Positions 37,835 through 46,527 of a stretch of DNA of 64,000 bases are shown here, in pieces. The translations under genes and the position numbers were made by a program. Under the pieces are notes generated by a model. That model was given only the letters and a program-made list of their open reading frames with translations. It did no database searches and was not told the origin of the DNA. The stretch lies in the IMG/VR virus record IMGVR_UViG_3300020463_001507; one strand, written 5' to 3'. This DNA comes from an uncultured virus (IMG/VR IMGVR_UViG_3300020463_001507) (Duplodnaviria; Heunggongvirae; Uroviricota; Caudoviricetes). Position 1 is the first letter of the stretch, and every line of letters begins with the position of its first letter.

Positions 37835-38052
37835 TGTTGTTCTAATTCTCCTAGTTCTTTAATCATATCGCTAAAGATCTTAAACATTTCTTTACTGCGA
37901 TCAGGTTTTACTTCTTTATAGATACAGTAAGCACTAACATCTTTTTGATCTACAATTTGTTCCCTTGCTTGTTTACAAGCATTAAGATCTGTAAACGTTG
38001 CTGAACTTACAATGTTGCCTGCAATTAATGTTACTAATACTATACTATTCAT
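37831..38052 (-). CDS. hypothetical exported protein
   Basis: Hydrophobic N-terminus and two Cys; organised like 19385-19624. Confidence 0.6.
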   Translation of the reverse strand: MNSIVLVTLIAGNIVSSATFTDLNACKQAREQIVDQKDVSAYCIYKEVKPDRSKEMFKIFSDMIKELGELEQQ

Positions 38053-38588
38053 TTTTTAACTCCAAAGTGTTTATATGATTGTTGTACACATTTCGCTTGA
38101 TAATAACAATCAGCTAATGCATTATGTAGCTGTTCTTGAATAGCTCTACGTGGATCCTGGGGCATCATTTTAAATAATGTGCGAGAATCACGGATTTGCC
38201 AGTAGTTCCAAGGTACAGGTGTTTCTGCACTTTTGTACAAGTGTTGTAGCATTACAAAGTCAAATGTAGGACCTTGACACCAAATATAATCCAAGCCTAC
38301 ACACCATTTGTTAAGTTGTCGTAATATTTCTGTCACACTAACTCTATCATGATCTCCGAATGCTTCGTCTTGTATTTTCTGAGGTTGTTTGCTCCACCAT
38401 TCTAAGGTATTGTTATCAATAGTTCGATTATATTTTTCTGATTGTTCTTCAATATCACCACGAAGATATAATCCTTTATCTGGCTCAACATCACTAAACG
38501 GGTTAAATTTTATTGCACCTAGTGTTACAATAACACTATCAGGCTCAACGCCTAGTGTCTCCAGATCGATCATTCCATGTGTAGCCAA
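38049..38588 (-). CDS. DEDDh 3'-5' exonuclease (Rv2179c/RNase AS-like)
   Basis: MIDLETL, GPTFD, RDSRT, HNALAD; TTG start with GAGGAG SD. Confidence 0.88.
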   Translation of the reverse strand: MATHGMIDLETLGVEPDSVIVTLGAIKFNPFSDVEPDKGLYLRGDIEEQSEKYNRTIDNNTLEWWSKQPQKIQDEAFGDHDRVSVTEILRQLNKWCVGLDYIWCQGPTFDFVMLQHLYKSAETPVPWNYWQIRDSRTLFKMMPQDPRRAIQEQLHNALADCYYQAKCVQQSYKHFGVKK

Positions 38589-38611
38589 AATATACTCCTC
38601 AAGTTTAATTT

Positions 38612-38640
38612 ATTATAACTTAAATTAACAAAAGAGTCAA
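38612..38640 (-). promoter_or_regulatory. sigma70-type promoter upstream of the exonuclease/clamp loader operon
   Basis: TTGACT-17 nt-TATAAT. Confidence 0.8.
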
Positions 38641-39356
38641 GAGTTTTTTTTGGTATATTTTTCTAATTGTAAATTGAGATTGGAAACGGACGAAAACTCT
38701 ATTGTTTTATCTGCGAACTGTTTACTATTTTGATGTAATTGATATAATTCATTTTGGTTTGCATATTCAGTATTGTATATTTGGTCTTTTGAATATCCTT
38801 TATGTTTGTAATACTCAACCAAAGAATTTTTTTGCGGATATAATGTAGCAAATTCTTTTTGCGACCAATATAAATCATTTAATAAATCTTTTCTATTTGG
38901 TAACTTATCAATATTTGTTTGTAACGGAAAAAACATTGCTGTTTCCATATGCCTTTCAAAGTACTCTAAGCGGTTATTTTCTTTTGGAAGTATTTGTATA
39001 ATATGACAGTCTTTGTATCTTTCCCTAATATCTTTTGGACTTGCATGACAAGTATATACTAATTTTTTACCTGCAGAACAACTTATAATTTCTTGCTCTA
39101 TTAGTTTATAATATGCTTCTATATCATTTAAGAAAGGTTCTATTCTGTCAAATAGGTGCGGAAAACGCTGTCCATTAGCAAATGCTTTTTGAAAATGTTT
39201 TTCTGCTATATTAAGTTTTGAAAATTTATTTTTATTTGTGTTTTTATTTTTTGGGTGATCGTACCATCTATATTTAGGATTATTTTCAAATAAAGTTCTT
39301 GCAATTCCATGACCACCTGCTCCGCTCATGAAAGTAAGTATGGTTAAACATTTCAT
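38637..39356 (-). CDS. hypothetical protein, possibly sulfotransferase or P-loop-like
   Basis: N-terminal FMSGAGGH loop and LVYTCH strand. Confidence 0.5.
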   Translation of the reverse strand: MKCLTILTFMSGAGGHGIARTLFENNPKYRWYDHPKNKNTNKNKFSKLNIAEKHFQKAFANGQRFPHLFDRIEPFLNDIEAYYKLIEQEIISCSAGKKLVYTCHASPKDIRERYKDCHIIQILPKENNRLEYFERHMETAMFFPLQTNIDKLPNRKDLLNDLYWSQKEFATLYPQKNSLVEYYKHKGYSKDQIYNTEYANQNELYQLHQNSKQFADKTIEFSSVSNLNLQLEKYTKKNS

Positions 39357-39877
39357 TTTGTGCCTTGTCTATCTTCCACCTTTTCTCTATGCTCTATAGA
39401 ATCCATAAACCAATCGTATGTACCTTTGTCTGAAATATCTAAATCTGCTACATAATGAACTGCTTTATCTGCAAAGCACATACTGTAATGTGTTTTGTTA
39501 GGATTCATTACCATCCATTGTCCTTTGCGCCAATGTTGTATTTTACCGTCGATTATATAAGTACAATCTTCGGGATGTGTATAATCGGAATGGCAATTCA
39601 ATCTTATAAGTTTTTCATTCGCTCCGTCTCTAATATGATCTTTGTGAGGAGCAAAAAAACTTCCTAGCTGATGTTCTACTCTTATAGGTTTACTAACTTT
39701 GCCTTTTAAGTTCCAGGATTCGGGTGGACTATTATATTTGTAAACTGTTTTATTACCCATTTCACCTACGTATCTTTTTTCTTTTACTAAGGATTCTATT
39801 AAGGGTTCTTCAGGAGCATACAAATCTAAAGCAAATACATCACCAAAAAGATTATATATTTCTCCTGGTGTCAGCAT
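39353..39877 (-). CDS. AspH-like Fe(II)/2OG dioxygenase
   Basis: FFAPHKD ... WRKGQW ... KTHYS. Confidence 0.7.
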   Translation of the reverse strand: MLTPGEIYNLFGDVFALDLYAPEEPLIESLVKEKRYVGEMGNKTVYKYNSPPESWNLKGKVSKPIRVEHQLGSFFAPHKDHIRDGANEKLIRLNCHSDYTHPEDCTYIIDGKIQHWRKGQWMVMNPNKTHYSMCFADKAVHYVADLDISDKGTYDWFMDSIEHREKVEDRQGTK

Positions 39878-39880
39878 TCT

Positions 39881-40291
39881 TTAAATATCACCTTCTTTTC
39901 TATTCTCTGAGAAATGTGCAAAAAAATTACCACCTGGATACCGTGACTTTAATTTGTCTATGTTCATTTGGATTACATCATTTGGATCTATATTAAGAGC
40001 CATACATCCTTGCATCCAATACCATATAACATCACCTAGCTCACGTTGCATGTGATAGATGTTATCTTTGTCTAAGGGTTTGCCTTGTAGAATAATTTTT
40101 TTAATTATTTCCGTAAACTCACCTGCTTCTGCTCCAAGACCCAAAGCGGCTGTAAGTAATCTCGGCATGTTAACATCTCTTTGGTTTTCTAAGTGAGTCC
40201 AACGATTTTGAAAGTCATTGTTGTTTTTACTTTCTTGTGATGTTACTGCATCTACAAATTCTTGATATTTTCTTAAATCTATATCAGACAC
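39881..40291 (-). CDS. mazG: MazG-like NTP pyrophosphohydrolase
   Basis: GLGAEAGEF, RELGDVIWY, NIDKLKSRYP. Confidence 0.9.
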   Translation of the reverse strand: MSDIDLRKYQEFVDAVTSQESKNNNDFQNRWTHLENQRDVNMPRLLTAALGLGAEAGEFTEIIKKIILQGKPLDKDNIYHMQRELGDVIWYWMQGCMALNIDPNDVIQMNIDKLKSRYPGGNFFAHFSENRKEGDI

Positions 40292-40300
40292 TTATGCCTC

Positions 40301-40735
40301 CTAGTTGCTATTAAATGAATTCATTTGATCTATAGGACCGGTATATTCACCAAATCCTGTATCTGCACGTTCTGCTGAAGAATACTCTTTACCAATTTGT
40401 AAGCCGCCAGGCTTTTCGTCTGAGTAAGCTAATACACTTTCAGACTCTACCATTCTAAGTTCTACTTTTTCTTCATCAAACTCAACTTGCATACTTCTTG
40501 TCCAGCGACCATGTTCGATCAAAATCCAATCACCTTCTTTGTAATCATCTTTGTTTCTTGGGCCTTTAGAAAATACTTTACCCCATCTTGGATAAATTCC
40601 ATGCACCTTTCCATCATCACTGTTAATGATCAATCCCCCGGCAGTTTTTTGTTCTCCAAAAAACATGTTACTTACAAGCACTCGGTTGCCAACTGCTCGT
40701 GGCTTTCCTTTATAAGTCTTCAGGTGTACAGCCAT
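40301..40735 (-). CDS. groES: GroES-like co-chaperonin
   Basis: PRAVGNRVLV, EQKTAGGLII mobile loop, GDWIL. Confidence 0.85.
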   Translation of the reverse strand: MAVHLKTYKGKPRAVGNRVLVSNMFFGEQKTAGGLIINSDDGKVHGIYPRWGKVFSKGPRNKDDYKEGDWILIEHGRWTRSMQVEFDEEKVELRMVESESVLAYSDEKPGGLQIGKEYSSAERADTGFGEYTGPIDQMNSFNSN

Positions 40736-40736
40736 T

Positions 40737-41132
40737 TTAATCTTCCTTTTTTGCTAAATCTTCAGGTTTTACAAAATTTCCATCTTCATCTTCTACCCAG
40801 TCGTCAGTTAAATCTTTGCCTTCTGGAATTTGAGCAGATGATGCTTTTGTTTTTGCTTTTTTAGTAGATGTAGGTTGGACTACTTCAGTTTTTTGATCTC
40901 GTCTAACTGCGACTTCTTCTGGCATACTTGAAGAATTTTCATAGTAGTCTTTTAGCACATCTTCTTTTTTACGAATAATTTTACCACCTGGGCCTAATTC
41001 GTCACCACGTGCATTTACTTTAGCATTACCTACTGCTGGAGTTAGCTCGTTTCTTTGACGTAAAAGATCCATATCGATTTGTTTACCTTGCATGGTTTTA
41101 TAAATCGTTCGTCCTTTTTGTTGCATTGGCAT
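40737..41132 (-). CDS. conserved phage hypothetical protein
   Basis: AVGNAKVNARGDELGPGGKII motif. Confidence 0.75.
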   Translation of the reverse strand: MPMQQKGRTIYKTMQGKQIDMDLLRQRNELTPAVGNAKVNARGDELGPGGKIIRKKEDVLKDYYENSSSMPEEVAVRRDQKTEVVQPTSTKKAKTKASSAQIPEGKDLTDDWVEDEDGNFVKPEDLAKKED

Positions 41133-41160
41133 ATTTACTTCTCCTTAGTTATATACTTAC

Positions 41161-41718
41161 TTATCTCAAGAACTCTCGGTAGTCCAGGGCAAAGTGGATT
41201 GAATCTATCTTATGAACACCAATTAAGTACAATATATAGCTGGCTACACTAGATCCACGGCCAACTCCCCATACTATTTTGTTCTTTTTCATAAAATCTA
41301 CTAGATATATCATATATTTCAATAAGTCTAGCATTCCTCGTTTTTTAAATTCTTCAAATTCTTTAGTTACTCTCATCCATTGTTTGGAAAGTTGTACAGT
41401 TGCAGTACTAGTTGTTTGCATTTTTTCCATTAACTTTGCTTCTAACCAGTTTAGAATATTAAGTTGTTTATATTCATCTGGCATAAACCATTCACCTTGA
41501 CATACTCCATCAAATGTCTTTTGGTCTACATCTAAAGGAATATAAGTTGTAAGCTCAGTCAAGCCTTCTTCACGCATTGCTTTGTTAAATTTATAAACAT
41601 CATCATCTGGGTCGCATAAAACTACATGACACTTGTCAATATGACCACTGTAGATCATATCTATTAGATCTTTATTCGAAAATCTGGGTATACCTAGAGA
41701 GTCTGTTTTCATTAGCAT
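41161..41718 (-). CDS. dnaE: DNA polymerase III alpha-like N-terminal catalytic fragment
   Basis: YLVDFMKKNKIVWGVGRGSSVASYILYLIG...REFLR; the ORF stops before the PDIDxD motif. Confidence 0.8.
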   Translation of the reverse strand: MLMKTDSLGIPRFSNKDLIDMIYSGHIDKCHVVLCDPDDDVYKFNKAMREEGLTELTTYIPLDVDQKTFDGVCQGEWFMPDEYKQLNILNWLEAKLMEKMQTTSTATVQLSKQWMRVTKEFEEFKKRGMLDLLKYMIYLVDFMKKNKIVWGVGRGSSVASYILYLIGVHKIDSIHFALDYREFLR

Positions 41719-41724
41719 CTTTAT

Positions 41725-41753
41725 ATATTAACTGATATTAATTAAATTGTCAA
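41725..41753 (-). promoter_or_regulatory. sigma70-type promoter, probably giving a leaderless dnaE-fragment mRNA
   Basis: TTGACA-17 nt-TAATAT, with the ATG 7 nt downstream and no SD. Confidence 0.65.
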
Positions 41754-41979
41754 GACTATTTTCGCCGTTTTCAGATTTATTTTGATCCAAACTTTCTTTA
41801 GCTTGTCTTGACACAGCTTCGGCTCTATACATTTCCAAAACTGCTCTTATTTGGTTTTGTACTTCAGGATTTTTAGTCATGAAGTATTTTTTAGAAAGGT
41901 CGTTTATTTTATCAGAAAGATCGCCCGTAGATATATCTGATAAGTTGTCTACAAATGGATTAAGAGGTAAATTGTCCAT
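41728..41979 (-). CDS. hypothetical protein
   Basis: 83-aa helical ORF ending LDNLINIS. Confidence 0.7.
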   Translation of the reverse strand: MDNLPLNPFVDNLSDISTGDLSDKINDLSKKYFMTKNPEVQNQIRAVLEMYRAEAVSRQAKESLDQNKSENGENSLDNLINIS

Positions 41980-42520
41980 GGTACTGTCCGTATACAGTTA
42001 GTCCACCATCACTTGACCAAAGGTCAATAAATATTGGATCTGTACTACTAACAGCTAGAAAACTTGCTGGCCAGTTAGAATCTTTTTTGAATACATTGTT
42101 AGGTCCTGCGGAAAATACTACTAATCTTGAAGTTCCGTCTCCTTTTACCGCACAACGAATTTTACCCAATTTTCCTGTGGCAGGCCAATCTGTCAATGTT
42201 AATGTTACATCAGCACCTACAGTAATGATTTGATAATTACCATTTACAAATCTTACATTTTGGCTAGATACAATAGTATCTGTAACATAAACTTCTTCGG
42301 AGTTAGCAATTAAGTTTGCTTCTCTAATTACATTTCCGTTAAAATCGTTACTTGCGTTTAGCTTTGCTGTGTTATCTTGTAAAGTAGTTATTTCTGTAGC
42401 CGCTGTTGCTAATCCTGTTTTAACTAGACGGAAGTTATCTCTAAATCCCTGACTATCGTTATCAGCGCCGGCGACTGGATATAATTCATTTATATCACTT
42501 GTAAGTATGTTACTTGCCAT
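41960..42520 (-). CDS. baseplate or tail structural protein
   Basis: YPVAGADNDSQGFRDNF N-terminal attachment-type motif; TATAAATA upstream. Confidence 0.7.
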   Translation of the reverse strand: MASNILTSDINELYPVAGADNDSQGFRDNFRLVKTGLATAATEITTLQDNTAKLNASNDFNGNVIREANLIANSEEVYVTDTIVSSQNVRFVNGNYQIITVGADVTLTLTDWPATGKLGKIRCAVKGDGTSRLVVFSAGPNNVFKKDSNWPASFLAVSSTDPIFIDLWSSDGGLTVYGQYHGQFTS

Positions 42521-42539
42521 TAATGATCTCTCCTATCTT

Positions 42540-42556
42540 TATTTATACAGTATTTA
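42540..42556 (-). promoter_or_regulatory. tandem late-type promoter motifs
   Basis: TATAAATA (T4 late consensus) at 42540-42547 and a second TAAATA at 42551-42556. Confidence 0.65.
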
Positions 42557-42562
42557 TTGCTT

Positions 42563-45500
42563 TTATATATTAAACTGATAATTCGCGAATAGCAAATATT
42601 GTTCATTTGTGTTTCCTGTAGTGTTGTCTATTATATAGCGATCTATATCAAAATCTAGCTGTGTAAAATCAAAATTTTGGAAATCTATTGCATTTTTAAT
42701 AATTTTGCTCTTACCTTGTGTTGTGTAACAAAGCGGAATAGCCGCAATATAACCTAATTCTTGTAGCTGTCCTTCTTGTGCTGTACGCATCCAAAGTGGT
42801 AAAAAATTACGCACAGTAGCTCCAGTTTCAGCTATATTATCTCTCATATTTTTAATGTTTGTAATATATTTTTTTGTATCATTTCTTTGATCAGCACCAA
42901 TTGCGTTACTATCTACTTTAATGGTATTAGTATTTACTGATTCTAAATACCAAGGACTTGTTGCTGTTTCATCTGCAACATATGAGCTAATTGTAGCAGG
43001 AAAAGTTACTGTTGATAAATCTCTTAATCCTATAAATATTTCATTGTTTTGGCCTGAATCAACTTCAACTCCTGATCTTTGTAGTACTTTAATGTTTCCT
43101 TGGCTTGGAACCACATTTACAATCCCTTCTGTGCTATCTCCTAAAGTTCTTGATTGTAAACTAAAACTTATAAAAGGTGCAGGTTTATCTCCAAACTGTG
43201 ATTCACTTGCTAAAATTTTTGTTTTATTATCAATCTTAATATGTTTTTTTATATTACCTTTAGCTGGTAGGTAAGGATCTAAAACTTCTAAATATACTAC
43301 TTCGTAAACAACATCTTGCGTGCCTGGTAATTTAGCCACAGCATTTTTTACTTTCCCAAGTTTAAAACTTTTACGTCTATGATTCTTTGCTATTGCCGCA
43401 ACATAATAGTCTATAGTTTTTGTTTCAATACCAGAATAAACTAACATATTAATTTTTTTCTGTATGCCAAAATTTGGATCGTCTGGTCGATAGATATAAT
43501 CCGGATTAAATACTTCAACATTACTAATAAAATTATTAAATAAAGTTCTTTGCGATTGTTTCAACATTGGTCTTGCAAAAATATTACTATATGTTTTATT
43601 ATCAGGATCACCAACTGTAATATTAAATTCTTTTTTAGTAACACTATACTTAAATTGGTCTTGTACAGAAACTTCAAATATAAATTTTCTATCTATAGTA
43701 GCTGTGTTTCCATCTAAAATAAAAGAACCTTTATCAAACTGTGTTAAAGCATTTGTTCCAAATGTTGTAATTTTTCCAGAAATTGATCCGTCTAACAACA
43801 AAGTTAATCCGGGCGGTAGCTTCCCTTTTGTTAGTGTGTATATTAATTTTGCATTAGGAACATTACTATTAGCTACAACTGATAGGTTGGATAGATAATT
43901 TGCACTTATGCTTTCGAACGTTGAAGCAGTCTTCCAAGTAATTGTAGAATCAACATCACCTAAAGTACTTACTGTAAATGTTTTATTTGATTCTGCTCTT
44001 TCATTAGCCAAAGAATCATATAAATTAAATTCAAATGGTTCGCCTTGTTTTACGATCCTTGTAGTATATAACGGTATAAGTTCAATAGGTGTTACTGCAC
44101 CGGCATAGACTGTAGTTGCGATATTTGTAGAAACTGATATTTTTTCTACATTAGTTGGATTATATCTCACCTGTTGATCAACAACATAATCCGCTTCTGA
44201 ATGCCAGGCAGTTACGCCAGTAGTAGACGCTCCACTAACTTCTTCCCAACGTGTTTTGTTAAAGTCGGATGCAAAGGTACTTGATGTATGATTTACTTTA
44301 CATCTATATACTTTTTCATTTAAATCTACAGACTCGACAGTATAATTGAAATCACCGAAAGTTAAGGATTTTCCGATTATATTATTTAGATAGGGATCTC
44401 CTAACTTGTTTATTTTGATTTCTTTTTGATTTGGTAAAGCATTTTCGTTTACTGTGACTGTTATATTTTGTCCTAAATTTATAACATCATACTCTTCTGA
44501 AGTAGTATCTACTTTAGTGATTGTAAAAGAACGTTCATCAATTTCTATTTGTCTTCCAACTAATAATGATATGTCTTGATTTTTTACAATTCTTAATGTA
44601 TTTGAACCAACAGGCATATCTTCATAAATAGATAAATTTACATACTGTTTGTTAGTTGTAGGTCCAAATCTACTTGCTTTGATTGTAAATTTGTATTCTT
44701 TGGTTACATTAGGTTGGTAAGGTACCCTTCCTGCTATTTCTCCTGTCGTACTATCTAAATACAAGCCTTCTGGAATAATACTTGTACTACCGTCATCGTT
44801 TACTTCTTGCAGAGTATATGTAACCACACCAACAAGCTCATTAGTATCTAATACATCTAAGAAAAGTGTCACGTAATTATTTGCTCGTCTATATCCAAAG
44901 TTTCTTGGAGTAAGCCATAATGGCACTCTTATATGGGTATTATCTGCAGAGAATACTCCAGTATCAACCTGCATCATTGTGTTATCAGATCTTACAAAGT
45001 CGTCACCAACAACAAATATTTTAAATTTTCTTCTAGCAATAGTATCTCCGTCGTTTACTGATACAATAAATTCGTAGTTTCTATTTAATTTACGTGGCGA
45101 TCTTGTAGGAACAGATAAATCATAAATTGTTGTATCATAAAAAAAGCTATCAAACCCGTTATTGCTCCTCACACCAAAGTCGTAACCTACCATGTCGTAT
45201 TGAATTCCATCATAACTTCCTGAATCTAAACGTTTTTCTATAGCAAGAATTGGATCAACTATACCAACTAATTTTCCGTCTGTGGTAAGTGTTATTCCAG
45301 GAGGTAATTCACCATCCCCTGATCCTATGAAATATTCTAGTGTCTGTCCTGCGGCTATATCTGAGTCTTCTGCGATGAGTTGAAAGTCTATTGGAGTATT
45401 ATCCAATATAAAGAACATGTCATTTTGCCCAACAGGCAAAAGTCCTTCTGCTGTTTTCCAGGTTGGAGTATCTGGACCTACTACGTTAATGATAAATGTT

Positions 45501-45763
45501 CTATCGCTTATTTGGTTATTGTATTCTGCTCTCAATACAAATTTATATTCTGTATCTCTAGCAACTTCTCTTGGTGTTCCTGTAATAGCATTATCTTGTA
45601 ATACCATTCCTAAAGGTAGTTCACCACTTATGTGGGTCACAGTATATAAAGTCGAATCATCTGACACCACAGTGAGATCCAAAGGTAAATCAACTGTAGT
45701 GGTGACTCCCTCGGTTAATGTTTGTAATGTTTGTCCAGAAAATTGTGTCCAAAAAACTGCCAT
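42563..45763 (-). CDS. baseplate protein with putative Ig-like repeats
   Basis: Repeated GELPLGM / GELPPGITL / GKLPPGLTL motifs; structural gene context. Confidence 0.75.
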   Translation of the reverse strand: MAVFWTQFSGQTLQTLTEGVTTTVDLPLDLTVVSDDSTLYTVTHISGELPLGMVLQDNAITGTPREVARDTEYKFVLRAEYNNQISDRTFIINVVGPDTPTWKTAEGLLPVGQNDMFFILDNTPIDFQLIAEDSDIAAGQTLEYFIGSGDGELPPGITLTTDGKLVGIVDPILAIEKRLDSGSYDGIQYDMVGYDFGVRSNNGFDSFFYDTTIYDLSVPTRSPRKLNRNYEFIVSVNDGDTIARRKFKIFVVGDDFVRSDNTMMQVDTGVFSADNTHIRVPLWLTPRNFGYRRANNYVTLFLDVLDTNELVGVVTYTLQEVNDDGSTSIIPEGLYLDSTTGEIAGRVPYQPNVTKEYKFTIKASRFGPTTNKQYVNLSIYEDMPVGSNTLRIVKNQDISLLVGRQIEIDERSFTITKVDTTSEEYDVINLGQNITVTVNENALPNQKEIKINKLGDPYLNNIIGKSLTFGDFNYTVESVDLNEKVYRCKVNHTSSTFASDFNKTRWEEVSGASTTGVTAWHSEADYVVDQQVRYNPTNVEKISVSTNIATTVYAGAVTPIELIPLYTTRIVKQGEPFEFNLYDSLANERAESNKTFTVSTLGDVDSTITWKTASTFESISANYLSNLSVVANSNVPNAKLIYTLTKGKLPPGLTLLLDGSISGKITTFGTNALTQFDKGSFILDGNTATIDRKFIFEVSVQDQFKYSVTKKEFNITVGDPDNKTYSNIFARPMLKQSQRTLFNNFISNVEVFNPDYIYRPDDPNFGIQKKINMLVYSGIETKTIDYYVAAIAKNHRRKSFKLGKVKNAVAKLPGTQDVVYEVVYLEVLDPYLPAKGNIKKHIKIDNKTKILASESQFGDKPAPFISFSLQSRTLGDSTEGIVNVVPSQGNIKVLQRSGVEVDSGQNNEIFIGLRDLSTVTFPATISSYVADETATSPWYLESVNTNTIKVDSNAIGADQRNDTKKYITNIKNMRDNIAETGATVRNFLPLWMRTAQEGQLQELGYIAAIPLCYTTQGKSKIIKNAIDFQNFDFTQLDFDIDRYIIDNTTGNTNEQYLLFANYQFNI

Positions 45764-45796
45764 ACTAATTCCTTACTATAAAGTATTTATCGGAAT

Positions 45797-46507
45797 TTAT
45801 GATGCAATCGTCTCTAGGTCTATAATTGCTGTAGATACGCCTGGATTTATAAATTTACCTAAATCCACATCTGTTTCTCTTTGTAGGAAATCTAGTAAAT
45901 TAGTATATCGTTGACTTAATCTACCAAAATCAAAGGAATTTTCTCCTGCAGCTGCTTGTAGCTTTCTTACGTCTACACCAAATACTAGTCCATCTATAGG
46001 ACCATTAAATTTACTTGCTGTTACAGTTCCACCATTAATTATATTATTGTTATTTGCGTTTAATTGTGCAGATAAAACAGGAGCACCATCGCCTGATAAT
46101 GCGCCGTTACTAGTTGATATGAATAAATTTTGTCCTGTCACACTCGTTGCTATACCGGTAGAGCCTTGTATAGACATTGTTTGTCCACGTGTAACTGTTA
46201 CGGTACCGTTGTCTGATACTGCAATTAATTGATCTAAACTTGACGGTGTAGTAATAGTTATACCTGTTACACTAGCTGTAAGTGTAACATTATCGCCACC
46301 TATGATCTTTTTAAAACTTAGCTTAGAATTAGATGCACTTTCAAATATGCCTTCACCAGTCGGTCCTAGATTTTCACCAGTTGCCGCTGTAGGAAATCTA
46401 GCGTTTAAATCTTCAAAATTATCGTTGACTTTATCAAAAGCGGTTCTGATATCATCGCCTGTACCGTCGTTTGCTAACTGTCCTATATTAATTTTTTTCA
46501 CTGACAT
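45797..46507 (-). CDS. tail fibre or baseplate connector protein
   Basis: gp9/gp10-like N-terminus INIGQLANDGTGDDIRTAFDKVNDNF. Confidence 0.75.
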   Translation of the reverse strand: MSVKKINIGQLANDGTGDDIRTAFDKVNDNFEDLNARFPTAATGENLGPTGEGIFESASNSKLSFKKIIGGDNVTLTASVTGITITTPSSLDQLIAVSDNGTVTVTRGQTMSIQGSTGIATSVTGQNLFISTSNGALSGDGAPVLSAQLNANNNNIINGGTVTASKFNGPIDGLVFGVDVRKLQAAAGENSFDFGRLSQRYTNLLDFLQRETDVDLGKFINPGVSTAIIDLETIAS

Positions 46508-46527
46508 AATAGTTCCTTCATATGTAT

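Noticed and set aside
25368..40735. Cellular chromosome origin suggested by clpA, dnaJ, groES, thyX and fdxA
   Set aside because: These genes are interleaved with lysis, baseplate, fibre, clamp and PolB genes in single-strand phage-type operons.
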